Shown here piece after piece: positions 8,821-17,337 of a stretch of DNA of 64,000 bases (positions are counted from its first letter, which is position 1; every line of letters starts with the position of its first letter). This DNA is from a virus, in the IMG/VR virus record IMGVR_UViG_3300021962_000059, one strand, 5' to 3'. A program made the translations under genes and the position numbers. The notes under the pieces were generated by a model. The model worked only from the letters and a program-made list of their open reading frames with translations, had not been told where the DNA came from and did no database searches.

Positions 8821-8849
8821 ACTATACGGCTTCTTACTTGAATTGTCAA
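8821..8849 (-). promoter_or_regulatory. Sigma70-type promoter TTGACA-N17-TATAGT
   Basis: The minus strand reads ATCTTGACA ATTCAAGTAAGAAGCCG TATAGT. The -35 sits inside the palindrome CTTGAcaatTCAAG. It heads the operon that contains nblA. Confidence 0.65.
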
Positions 8850-8894
8850 GATAATTTTGATACACTAAGATTAGATAAATTTATATTAGTACAA

Positions 8895-9329
8895 ATGTTC
8901 GACACTGCTATTGGAGTTGCTGGGAAATTTTTAGAAAATCCCATAATTAAGGCTAATGCCTCCCTATCTTTTTCCGTGGCTACAGGTTCGACTGTAACTA
9001 CGGATAGCGTAGGTAATCCGATTATAAGCCCTACAGCGATGGAATCCGTAGTAATTGCCTGTTGGTTACATCAAACAAAACCTTCTGTGGCAGAAGTGCA
9101 AGAGGGTAGCTATCTCGATTGTGAATACTTTGAAGGAAGATTGGTAAAGCCTAGAGACTACCCTTTTCCAATTAGAACTACAGGGGAACTGCAAGTAACA
9201 ATTAATGGCAGAATCGGTCTTGTTAGGCAGTTAAATGTATTTGAATCGCCGACAAGTCAACAGTTAGGAATTGCCGCAAAATTAGGACGTAGGATTAAAC
9301 TTTATGCAAGGTTTGAGCAAGGTAGTTAA
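8895..9329 (+). CDS. Hypothetical protein (+ strand)
   Basis: The track ORF 8838..9329 begins at a TTG inside the minus-strand promoter, so I took the first ATG (MFDTAIGVAG...) at 8895. No motif recognised and no clear SD. Confidence 0.4.
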   Translation: MFDTAIGVAGKFLENPIIKANASLSFSVATGSTVTTDSVGNPIISPTAMESVVIACWLHQTKPSVAEVQEGSYLDCEYFEGRLVKPRDYPFPIRTTGELQVTINGRIGLVRQLNVFESPTSQQLGIAAKLGRRIKLYARFEQGS

Positions 9330-9473
9330 CTTTCAGAACCTTTTAGATAACCGAGGTATCCAGAGACAATTGCTGTAATAACATTGCCGTAAGTATCGCT
9401 AGTTTCAGGAGTAAAGAAAGAATGAATCAAGCAGGCAAAGACAATTAAAACACAGACAATAGATGGGTCTAAT

Positions 9474-9887
9474 TTAAGGTGTGGCATTATCGTTATCATC
9501 ATCCTCTATAAAAATTTTCTTTATAATCGGTTTATCACTAATTGTTAACTTTAATTCGTCTTTATGCCATTTTGTAAAGATTGGATCGTATCCATAAATA
9601 TATTTTAAGCTGTCCCCGACAATAATCCCTGCTTTTTTTAAACCATCATTGACGTATTTTGCACTACCACAAATATTATCAGGGTCACGTCCAAAATTTT
9701 TAATTCGCCATTCGTAAAGTAGCCATACTTTATCAGGAAACCGTGGAATTTCTTGTTCTATGATAAGTTTTTGTATGTCAAAATCCCATTGTTTTTTAGT
9801 AGTCGCACTTTTAAATTTGTTTGCACGAGCCAACCTTATCTGTTCATTGAGAGTCGGGGGAAGTGGACAGATGAAAACGGCTTTCAT
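9474..9887 (-). CDS. RusA-like Holliday junction resolvase
   Basis: 137 aa. It aligns by eye with E. coli RusA: ICPLPPTLNEQ vs ITLPWPPSNNR, GRDPDNICGSAKYVNDGLKKAGIIVGDS vs [25 protein letters not shown], and ELKLTISD vs RLELTITE. Confidence 0.7.
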   Translation of the reverse strand: MKAVFICPLPPTLNEQIRLARANKFKSATTKKQWDFDIQKLIIEQEIPRFPDKVWLLYEWRIKNFGRDPDNICGSAKYVNDGLKKAGIIVGDSLKYIYGYDPIFTKWHKDELKLTISDKPIIKKIFIEDDDNDNATP

Positions 9888-10555
9888 AAGCTTATTGGGC
9901 GATACTTCTTAAATACCATTAACAAATCGTCGGGAATTGTACCAAGCTGACCAGTTCCATAGTTAATTTTTGCCTCTTCAAAAGGTAATTCTACAGACGA
10001 AACACCTTTAAAAGAACCTGTATTACACACCCAATCTAAAATACGACCAAAAGCCGCTTTTATTTCTCTTGTTTGTCGGTTATCTTGAGAGAAGTCAATA
10101 CCGCTAGAATATTCCACGTCAGCCTCGGAAAACTCAGGATATGGCTCACGATTATAGCCATGATAACCCCAATATCCCCACGATCTACTGATTGCAGTAG
10201 ATAAATGGATCTGACCATCAATATCGATTATATAATCGTTAGAACCTAGAGTTTGCCAACTGTCAGGAGCGATAGCCCGATTAAATCCGTCGGTAATATT
10301 GCCTAATCTAGCTTTAATTATCGGAGCGGGGTTGCTGACAAGTGGAGTATTTATACTGACATAAGTTAATCTAAAATTTTGGAATTTTAGATTAACTCTT
10401 AGCTTTTCCCGGTGACGGGTAATCTCTAAAGGTCGATCCGCTCCTCTATCGCCTTCGATAATTGATTGGACAAAGTAAATCGCACCAGTGACGGCATCTT
10501 CTGGTAAAGATACCGATGGTGCGAATAGTAGGAGGTCATCAAGGCTAAAAATCAT
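9884..10555 (-). CDS. Hypothetical structural protein, possible head-tail adaptor
   Basis: 223 aa, immediately downstream of the capsid gene. The N-terminal ...LPEDAVTGAIYFVQSIIEGDRGADRPLEITRH loosely resembles gp6-like connector proteins. Confidence 0.35.
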   Translation of the reverse strand: MIFSLDDLLLFAPSVSLPEDAVTGAIYFVQSIIEGDRGADRPLEITRHREKLRVNLKFQNFRLTYVSINTPLVSNPAPIIKARLGNITDGFNRAIAPDSWQTLGSNDYIIDIDGQIHLSTAISRSWGYWGYHGYNREPYPEFSEADVEYSSGIDFSQDNRQTREIKAAFGRILDWVCNTGSFKGVSSVELPFEEAKINYGTGQLGTIPDDLLMVFKKYRPISL

Positions 10556-10767
10556 TAGTTTGATTTACTCAATAGAGGGCATGAGTTGTCATGAACCGGA
10601 CAAAATGGACGATGATCGAGATCAGTTCTGAGTTGACCTTTACACCGGTTACAGACTGGATAGCCCAATGCTTTTAGATTGTTATAAGTGACTTCATTGG
10701 TTCCATTTGTTGGGGGAATGTTTTTAACAGTTGGAGTTTCTTCGATGGTGGGTTCTTTGCTTGCCAT
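10555..10767 (-). CDS. Small Zn-ribbon-like protein
   Basis: 70 aa with CNRC...CPVHDNSC. Start/stop coupled to its neighbours. Confidence 0.45.
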   Translation of the reverse strand: MASKEPTIEETPTVKNIPPTNGTNEVTYNNLKALGYPVCNRCKGQLRTDLDHRPFCPVHDNSCPLLSKSN

Positions 10768-10787
10768 AATTGTTAGAAAGATAGGGT

Positions 10788-12686
10788 TTATACGGCCACG
10801 TCTAGGGTTCTTAATTCAGCTACTCGCAACTGTTGAGAAGCTTCACCAGTACCTACGGGGTCAACGTCTAAGGTTTTATATCCGAGCCACGCTAACCAAG
10901 TTGCGCGAATCCGACGATCAAATTGAGTGACATTATCAAAAGTGATTTGAAACGGCATCCCTACTCCAACACCTAACGCACCGGCTCCAATTAAATAACC
11001 AGTACGGGTAGTTTTAGCACCTAAAGAACCGCCTAATGTTTCGCTTTGAACACCGGGTTGGCCAGCCGCTCCGACACCGACGCTATTGCCAGTTTCAAAG
11101 ATATGGAATTTTTCGACTAATCCTAAATACGAGCTAACCCTTCCAGTATCCCCAGGGGGAATATAAGACGGATTGAGGATATTTAGTAAAGCGTCAAGAT
11201 CACGAGTCGTATTTGCTTGCCAATCGTCATCGTAACTCTCTTTTAATTGCAGAATTTGAGTCGAATTTAGGAATAACAGATACGTCTGGTCAGGATACAT
11301 TTGGAACCTGTTATCGTGGGCATATTGGTACAATCGCCGCAAGAATCCTTTGGTAAAAGTTCCATCATCTCCTGTTGCTGATAGTCCAGTGGGGGAGGTA
11401 ACAAGACTGCCTTTTTTGTTATATAAATGCAGTGACGTGCTATCAAGCATAGTTTTGATCATGGTATTATCAAAACTTGCATAGTCGTAATACAGCGTAT
11501 TCTGCATCCAATCAAGCATTCCCATCGCACTAAAATATTCAGTGAAAGTTGGGATAGAAACAGGTCGGATTGCAGTAGAAGCTCCTACTTTACCGCGTCC
11601 ATATTCAAAGATTTCTGCCGATACGCTAGACGCACTATTATTATCTGATTCAGAAGTCAGATCAGCATACTCACCCTTTCCTGATAGTTGATAGTCGCTT
11701 ACCGACGGGGAACTGGTTAAATAATTCAGTCTAGGAATACGAATAACAGTTCCATTACGAGCCGTAAAGTCTAAGGCATAATTAGGAATCTGCCAAAATG
11801 CAAACCCAGGGATTTGGGTTGTACGGAGAATTGCTGACAAAGTGTCAAGAAAAAACGGGGGCAGATCCGCCGCAGTCGTTGGGCTATTTTTTGAAACTTG
11901 ACCGCCCATTACAGGGGCCGAACGAGTCCCTCTAAACCAGCCTTGTTTGCGTCCCCAATCATCTAAAGAGTTGACAATCTGTTGTCGGTTATTTTTGACA
12001 TGGCGATCTAATCGTACTTTATCGTACAGGTTTACTGTTTGATTACCGCCCATTACAGGAGCCGAATAGATTACACCAGAATTTTTCTGAATGTCCTCGA
12101 TTAGCTCAAAGGTTTCGTCAAGCGCACCTGTAATTTTATCGGCATCATGGGCGACGGTTTTATTGAAGTTAGGCAACTGCATTTTTTCTGGTGTTTGGCT
12201 ACCGTGAAGCTTTCCTAAGTCAGTAAAGTTGTTAATCGTCTTTTCCGACTCAGTGACTTTAGTTTCTAGTTGAGCGATTTTCTTGTGGGATTCTTGGATA
12301 GCTTCCGTGGCAGAATTGAGAGAAGCTTCTAGGGTAGCTTTCGTAGCCTCGAATTGTTGCTTTTGGGCTTCTAATGCCGATTGTTTTTCCAATTCCATCG
12401 CTTGCTTTACCGATTCAACGGTTGCCGTCACGGTATTTTGTACAAGCTCTTGAAGCATTTTGGGGTCAAAAGCTGGCGCGGGAGCAGTAGCGGTAACAGG
12501 AGTAGGTTCGGGGTCAGAATTTTTAACTGGTACACCACCACCATCAGAAGACTTTAAATCACCTCGAAAAGCCGCTTTTTTAGTCAAGGTAAAGACTTCC
12601 TCTTGAGAAGGAGCATCACTTCCTTCTGCTGAATCTTTAATAACTACGGGAGTAACCCGCTTAATTTCTTTTAGGGTACTTTTCAT
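10788..12686 (-). CDS. Major capsid protein with N-terminal coiled-coil (scaffold/delta-like) region
   Basis: 632 aa. Sits directly after the prohead protease gene. The N-terminal ~200 aa are Ala/Glu/Gln/Lys-rich and helical (LEKQSALEAQKQQFEATKATLEASL...), followed by a ~400-aa globular part. The call rests mainly on position. Confidence 0.6.
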   Translation of the reverse strand: MKSTLKEIKRVTPVVIKDSAEGSDAPSQEEVFTLTKKAAFRGDLKSSDGGGVPVKNSDPEPTPVTATAPAPAFDPKMLQELVQNTVTATVESVKQAMELEKQSALEAQKQQFEATKATLEASLNSATEAIQESHKKIAQLETKVTESEKTINNFTDLGKLHGSQTPEKMQLPNFNKTVAHDADKITGALDETFELIEDIQKNSGVIYSAPVMGGNQTVNLYDKVRLDRHVKNNRQQIVNSLDDWGRKQGWFRGTRSAPVMGGQVSKNSPTTAADLPPFFLDTLSAILRTTQIPGFAFWQIPNYALDFTARNGTVIRIPRLNYLTSSPSVSDYQLSGKGEYADLTSESDNNSASSVSAEIFEYGRGKVGASTAIRPVSIPTFTEYFSAMGMLDWMQNTLYYDYASFDNTMIKTMLDSTSLHLYNKKGSLVTSPTGLSATGDDGTFTKGFLRRLYQYAHDNRFQMYPDQTYLLFLNSTQILQLKESYDDDWQANTTRDLDALLNILNPSYIPPGDTGRVSSYLGLVEKFHIFETGNSVGVGAAGQPGVQSETLGGSLGAKTTRTGYLIGAGALGVGVGMPFQITFDNVTQFDRRIRATWLAWLGYKTLDVDPVGTGEASQQLRVAELRTLDVAV

Positions 12687-12741
12687 TACTGATTACTGAT
12701 CACTAACTATTAAATACAATTGTAGTACAGAACTTTCTGTT

Positions 12742-13461
12742 TTAGTTAAAAACAAAAGTATTAAGACGGGAATCTACTAATCTCGCCTGACGACAATTGC
12801 CACTGGTAACGAAACTGCATTCGATGGAGTCCATCTTTCCGGATCGGCGATAGTAAGGGGTTAGGATTTCTTCATCTACTAATCCAGCCATATAAGGGGG
12901 ATAGTGAGGGCATTTAGGATCGCTGTAGGGAATATCACAGATAGGGCAAATCGACTCACCATAGAAAAACCCGCCCATTGAAACATCGGCTTTCCGTCCA
13001 TAGGAAATCTCAGAAATAATCGGGTGAGTCGCTTCTACAAAACCAAAAACCAAGACTTGATGATAACCGTCTTTTTGAATTATTCGATAATCTTCGCTTG
13101 GATTAGGGGATTTTTCGAGGATTCTTGCTATCCCCTCTTTACTTACGCGGGGCAAAGAATAAATTAAGGAATCATAAATCATGCCAAAAGTTTTGGTCTG
13201 ATCGTCCCATTCATGATCGATCATCAAAGCGCATCCGGGATAACTAGCCACCATAGTTTCTAGGGCATTTTTATCCCAGACTTGCAAAGAACTGTGAATT
13301 AAGTTATTTGAGGCAATTAAAGCGAATCGCATTAACTCCGATGGTTCCCACGGATCGAGTCCGTAAGGTTTAAATTGGTTGATTAATTGCATCTCGTCAT
13401 CGGTGGGGTGACGAGTCTCTAGTAATTGCTCTAATTCAGCGCGGGTTAATTTTAGTTCCAT
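12742..13461 (-). CDS. Prohead (HK97-type S78/U35-like) protease
   Basis: 239 aa. CALMIDHEWDDQTKTFGMIYDS (His motif) and RKADVSMGGFFYG (Ser motif) resemble the prohead protease catalytic pair. Positioned between the MuF-like and capsid genes. Confidence 0.6.
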   Translation of the reverse strand: MELKLTRAELEQLLETRHPTDDEMQLINQFKPYGLDPWEPSELMRFALIASNNLIHSSLQVWDKNALETMVASYPGCALMIDHEWDDQTKTFGMIYDSLIYSLPRVSKEGIARILEKSPNPSEDYRIIQKDGYHQVLVFGFVEATHPIISEISYGRKADVSMGGFFYGESICPICDIPYSDPKCPHYPPYMAGLVDEEILTPYYRRSGKMDSIECSFVTSGNCRQARLVDSRLNTFVFN

Positions 13462-13502
13462 AGCGATAAAAAATACTTATACAAACAATTCTATCTAAAG
13501 AC

Positions 13503-13531
13503 TTGACGTTTATAGTTGGTTGATGTATATT
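13503..13531 (+). promoter_or_regulatory. + strand promoter TTGACG-N17-TATATT
   Basis: Found in the 183-bp gap between two minus-strand head genes. A + oriented intrinsic terminator follows ~90 nt downstream. Confidence 0.45.
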
Positions 13532-13537
13532 AATAGA

Positions 13538-13650
13538 GTGTGTACAGTCTCCATCCAAACCTATAAATAACCAATTTCAATATAAAATTTTCGTCTCTGA
13601 AGGAAGTGTAAAGTATCTAGCGTGGAAGTGGCCTCCACGCTTTTTTATTT
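13538..13650 (+). ncRNA. Candidate small RNA (~110 nt) delimited by a promoter and a terminator
   Basis: The predicted TSS is ~7 nt after the -10. The 3' end is the hairpin GCGTGGA-AGTGGCC-TCCACGC (13620..13640) followed by TTTTTTATTTT. There is no ORF longer than 10 codons. Confidence 0.35.
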
Positions 13651-14289
13651 TGTCCATCCAAAATTTAACGAGAGCATATTCTGGCTAGGGCGTGTCCTGG
13701 AATTAGAAAAAACAAAATAACAACCACAATTAGCCCGACAAGTGCATTTTTCAGTCGGTCGGGGGAGTGTTCCAATTGGCTGCCAACCGGCACTCTCATA
13801 AAAAAGACACTCTTGGCAAGATTCTCTTTTGGTAATTATTCTCTTTTCCCACTTGTTGATTAGAGCGTGACCTCTCCTATTCCCCTCTTCAAAAGCTTCC
13901 CTAGACTTAGCAACATACATCTTAGAGCGGTTTATTATTTGGGCTTCTGATTGAGTACCCAAAATAATATCGCGGGAAAATTTTCTTAATCGTGCGTATT
14001 GCGTCCTAAGCATCTGACCGATTCTACCGTAGTCAGAAGCGTTCATATCGGGTTTACCAATCCGATAAAGTTGAATAGTTAGGTCTTTAATCTCAAAAGA
14101 CATCTTTTCTTCCCACTCGCTGACAGTTATTTTTTTCTGCAAAAGGTCACGGGTAAGTTTATCTGTTTTTTGGATACGGGCATTAATAGTTTGTTGGGAG
14201 ATTTGTCTAACTTTTTCGGTAGAGACAAATCTACCTGTTCTATTATCTCGATAGCGTCGAGTTGCAGGATTAAAGGAAAAATCATTCAT
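13645..14289 (-). CDS. Head morphogenesis protein (SPP1 gp7 / Mu F-like)
   Basis: 214 aa. The C-terminal cysteine cluster CQECLFYE...KCTCRANCGCYF resembles the conserved ...NCRC... end of gp7/MuF minor head proteins. Positioned downstream of the putative portal. Confidence 0.55.
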   Translation of the reverse strand: MNDFSFNPATRRYRDNRTGRFVSTEKVRQISQQTINARIQKTDKLTRDLLQKKITVSEWEEKMSFEIKDLTIQLYRIGKPDMNASDYGRIGQMLRTQYARLRKFSRDIILGTQSEAQIINRSKMYVAKSREAFEEGNRRGHALINKWEKRIITKRESCQECLFYESAGWQPIGTLPRPTEKCTCRANCGCYFVFSNSRTRPSQNMLSLNFGWTK

Positions 14290-14452
14290 AATTTATTTCT
14301 GGTTCTAATAGATTCTTAAATTCATCATCCGGAGGTTTCTTTTTCCAGTCGTCAATAGCTTTTTGAATGTCATCGGCTGTTACTTCGGCTCTTTCTAGTA
14401 ATCGAGCAACTGGTTGTAGGTTTTTATCTTCTGGGTTGAATTTATCTGTCAT
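14282..14452 (-). CDS. Small ORF (56 aa)
   Basis: Hand-translated: MTDKFNPEDKNLQPVARLLERAEVTADDIQKAIDDWKKKPPDDEFKNLLEPEINYE. Its stop overlaps the start of 13645..14289. Confidence 0.35.
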   Translation of the reverse strand: MTDKFNPEDKNLQPVARLLERAEVTADDIQKAIDDWKKKPPDDEFKNLLEPEINYE

Positions 14453-14454
14453 GG

Positions 14455-14664
14455 TTATTTGTCTCCCAGTCCGTCATAAACTAATTCTTGGGTGTTTTCT
14501 GATTTATTAAGTTTAGCCTTTAGATCACGGTTTTTAACTTCTAACATTTTCACCTTTAACTTTAATTTTTCATGATCAAACATCAGGTTGTCGTAAGAAT
14601 CGATTAATTCAGCGTATTCGGCTCTCAAATCTTCGATGATAGCGTCAAAATTGTTGTTATTCAT
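14455..14664 (-). CDS. Small coiled-coil protein
   Basis: 69 aa with a heptad-like HEKLKLKVKMLEVKNRDLKAKL segment. Confidence 0.45.
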   Translation of the reverse strand: MNNNNFDAIIEDLRAEYAELIDSYDNLMFDHEKLKLKVKMLEVKNRDLKAKLNKSENTQELVYDGLGDK

Positions 14665-14722
14665 GATTCTTTTATTTTTAATTTTAACATATTGTCGTTA
14701 ACTATAATTTCTTCTGTCATGG

Positions 14723-15655
14723 TTAGAATAAGGCTAATTGTAATGGAAAATTATCTAGTGGTTCTTCTGGTTCCTCTATCGGTTCATCTGGAATATGTTC
14801 TATGGGTTGGTCTAATCTGTTACAAGCTATTCGATAATATTCTAGTTCTTTCTCGATACAGATATAATTTCTACCCAATTCTTTGCAAGCTAAGGCAGTA
14901 GTACCAGAACCACAAAAAGGGTCGAGGACTGTCCCACCGGGAGGAGTTAACATCTCTACTAACCGTTTCATTACTTCTATTGGCTTTTCTGTGGGATGAT
15001 TGTAGATACCCTTTCCTGCTCGTCCTGGCTGCCGATAAGGCGGCAAAAAAGACCATACATTTGTAAAATTAACATCTCTAACCGCATATTCGCCTCTGTT
15101 ATATTCCATCTTTTTAAATTTTCTTGTTACGTTAAACCTTAACCTTTGAGTATCGCCAAATTCTGTTGGTTCTCCAAATGAACCAGTTTCTATTTTTTTA
15201 ATTAGTGCAGCAAAGTATCTTTTATAAGATTCTATGCTATGTGTATCAAACATGATACCTGGTATTTTAACATCTGAATAACGACCAGTCACTTTATTCG
15301 CTTTGTGATGCTTACTTGTTCTATATAGTATTATCGACTCATGGCTTTTAGAAAGATTGCTAGGATGAGTTGAGACAGTAACTCTTTTTACCCATGAGAT
15401 ATGTTCGTAATAATGCAGCTTCTCATTATTAGCCAAATTAATCCAATTAACCATCGTTGGCATTTGTCCAAAAAAGCAATAAAAGCCATTAGTAACTCGT
15501 TTTACTTCTCTGGTAAATAATGGAATATCAATTGCAGAATCCCATTCAGCCAATCCAATGCCATAAGGCGGATCAGTTATCACAGCATCTATTGAACCAT
15601 CAGGAATATCTTTTAAAACATCAAAACAATCGCCGTGAATAATTTGATTAATCAT
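14723..15655 (-). CDS. DNA methyltransferase, beta-class N6-adenine/N4-cytosine (DPPY)
   Basis: 310 aa. Motif IV VITDPPYGIG lies near the N-terminus and motif I VLDPFCGSGTTALAC near the C-terminus. No cognate nuclease is adjacent. Confidence 0.85.
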   Translation of the reverse strand: MINQIIHGDCFDVLKDIPDGSIDAVITDPPYGIGLAEWDSAIDIPLFTREVKRVTNGFYCFFGQMPTMVNWINLANNEKLHYYEHISWVKRVTVSTHPSNLSKSHESIILYRTSKHHKANKVTGRYSDVKIPGIMFDTHSIESYKRYFAALIKKIETGSFGEPTEFGDTQRLRFNVTRKFKKMEYNRGEYAVRDVNFTNVWSFLPPYRQPGRAGKGIYNHPTEKPIEVMKRLVEMLTPPGGTVLDPFCGSGTTALACKELGRNYICIEKELEYYRIACNRLDQPIEHIPDEPIEEPEEPLDNFPLQLALF

Positions 15656-16922
15656 TTTGATTTATATTTAATTTTTTAACAGGTTGTTTATTGGTTTCTT
15701 CATCAGTTAAATCAGAACCAGTATCCTCAACTTCGCCCCCTGACATACCATCGATAGACTCACTCCATTCTGGCCACAATATCCGATATTTATTCCTAGC
15801 ATTTTCAGCATAAAAGTCTAAACCTTTTCTAAGAATAATTTCCGTATCGATGACCTGCTTAATCGCACCGCTAAGAAGCTGACACCATCCGTATCTCATC
15901 CTAGAATACCGACGGTCAGGCGAGCGGGATAACTCTTTAGTTCCCCCTTTTGACTCTAACCCCGGAAAGAAATAGGTAGGGAATCCGGGGATAATTAGCT
16001 TATACCGGCATTGTAAAAGAGTTTCAATTAACCCTGTTAAATCAGAGTTAAAATTAGCCATTTTGCGAATATCTTGACCGGGAAACTTGAGAACATGATC
16101 GGTTATAATACCACTTTTCCTACGGATTCCTAAGTCTCGTTCGTAACTCTCAGACTGTTCTTTAGATACCCCCGGCATGATATGAAGGGTCGGGGAAACT
16201 CCCAAGTCATTAGATGCCCTAATTAAATTATCAAAAGCTTGTTTAACATCAGCCCACGCATCTAAGGACGCTAACCAAAGAGAGCGACCATAAAGGAAAT
16301 CAGGTTCATGGCGAATATGACAGATTTTATAGGGTTCAAAAAAATAATCAGGGTCAGAATCTGAAACGTATTTTCTTTGCTCAAAACCAATTAATTCCCC
16401 TTGATCAGTTTCTTTTCTAAAGATCTCAAAGGTAGGTAGATAAAGAGTCTTTGTTACACAAAAGTCTTTGGATTTGTTAGCAGATAAACCCTCTCTTTCA
16501 ATACCTAACTCTAGGAAACATTCCCCTTTTCCTAATGCCCATCTTAAAGCTTTTTTAAGCCTATCCCCACCAATCACATAGGTTGAAAAATTTTGTTTTC
16601 TTAATCTAATATCCTCAGCAATAGCAAACACTTCTGGGTTAATAGGAGTGTCTTCATCGTCTAGGGTTTTGGCTACCATCCATCCTTGATCATCCCCATC
16701 ATCAGAAGCAAAGGTATCAGAAGCGGCCATATCTAAGGCGTGAATGACCTCATAACACCACTGATTAAGTTCGATTAATTCTCTCGATATTCTCGGATCA
16801 CGGATAGGATTTTCCGTAATCTCCAAATCATACCGACGCGATACCGACACGATCCCTGGTGAGGAGAGGGAACGCTGAGAACCTCTTAATGTTTGGTCAT
16901 CCTTTTTCTTCTTTTTTGCCAT
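15648..16922 (-). CDS. Putative portal protein
   Basis: 424 aa. It is the first large gene of the head operon, upstream of the MuF-like, protease and capsid genes, and has a basic N-terminus (MAKKKKKDDQ). The call rests on position and size only. Confidence 0.5.
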   Translation of the reverse strand: MAKKKKKDDQTLRGSQRSLSSPGIVSVSRRYDLEITENPIRDPRISRELIELNQWCYEVIHALDMAASDTFASDDGDDQGWMVAKTLDDEDTPINPEVFAIAEDIRLRKQNFSTYVIGGDRLKKALRWALGKGECFLELGIEREGLSANKSKDFCVTKTLYLPTFEIFRKETDQGELIGFEQRKYVSDSDPDYFFEPYKICHIRHEPDFLYGRSLWLASLDAWADVKQAFDNLIRASNDLGVSPTLHIMPGVSKEQSESYERDLGIRRKSGIITDHVLKFPGQDIRKMANFNSDLTGLIETLLQCRYKLIIPGFPTYFFPGLESKGGTKELSRSPDRRYSRMRYGWCQLLSGAIKQVIDTEIILRKGLDFYAENARNKYRILWPEWSESIDGMSGGEVEDTGSDLTDEETNKQPVKKLNINQND

Positions 16923-16955
16923 TGGAACTGCCGTGTACTACTTCTATGATATAAG

Positions 16956-16987
16956 AAAAAAAGACCATTTTGTTAATGGTCTTTTTT
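16956..16987. terminator. Bidirectional intrinsic terminator
   Basis: A 9-bp stem AAGACCATT / AATGGTCTT with a 5-nt loop, flanked by an A-run (16956..16962) and a T-run (16982..16987). Confidence 0.7.
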
Positions 16988-17006
16988 AAATCACCCAAGG
17001 AGAAAT

Positions 17007-17282
17007 CTAAATATTAAAAAATCTATCGAATGTTCCGTCGCTCCGCAAAACCCTTCTTTCGTCAATATCATCACTGGAAAAAAATAAATCGGTAATTATT
17101 GCTTGCATTAAGACATTAGCTGCTTTATTGGATATTGTAATTCCCACTCTTGAGGTCGCATCCACTACATAATTATCCCCTACGGGACAATGAGTAATTG
17201 TAACAATCTTGTAACAGTCGATAAACTCTGGATAACTATCTACGGTTTCTAAAATCAACGGACGAAATTCTCTTGTATTCAT
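17007..17282 (-). CDS. Hypothetical protein in a monocistronic consensus-promoter/terminator unit
   Basis: 91 aa. It is bracketed by the promoter at 17305..17333 and the terminator at 16956..16987, with an SD of GAGGT. Confidence 0.6.
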   Translation of the reverse strand: MNTREFRPLILETVDSYPEFIDCYKIVTITHCPVGDNYVVDATSRVGITISNKAANVLMQAIITDLFFSSDDIDERRVLRSDGTFDRFFNI

Positions 17283-17304
17283 GATAACCTCTTAACCTAA
17301 CTAA

Positions 17305-17333
17305 ATATTACAGATTACTTTTTGAATTGTCAA
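17305..17333 (-). promoter_or_regulatory. Sigma70-type promoter TTGACA-N17-TAATAT
   Basis: The minus strand reads ATCTTGACA ATTCAAAAAGTAATCTG TAATAT, 22 nt upstream of the ATG at 17282. Confidence 0.7.
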
Positions 17334-17337
17334 GATT

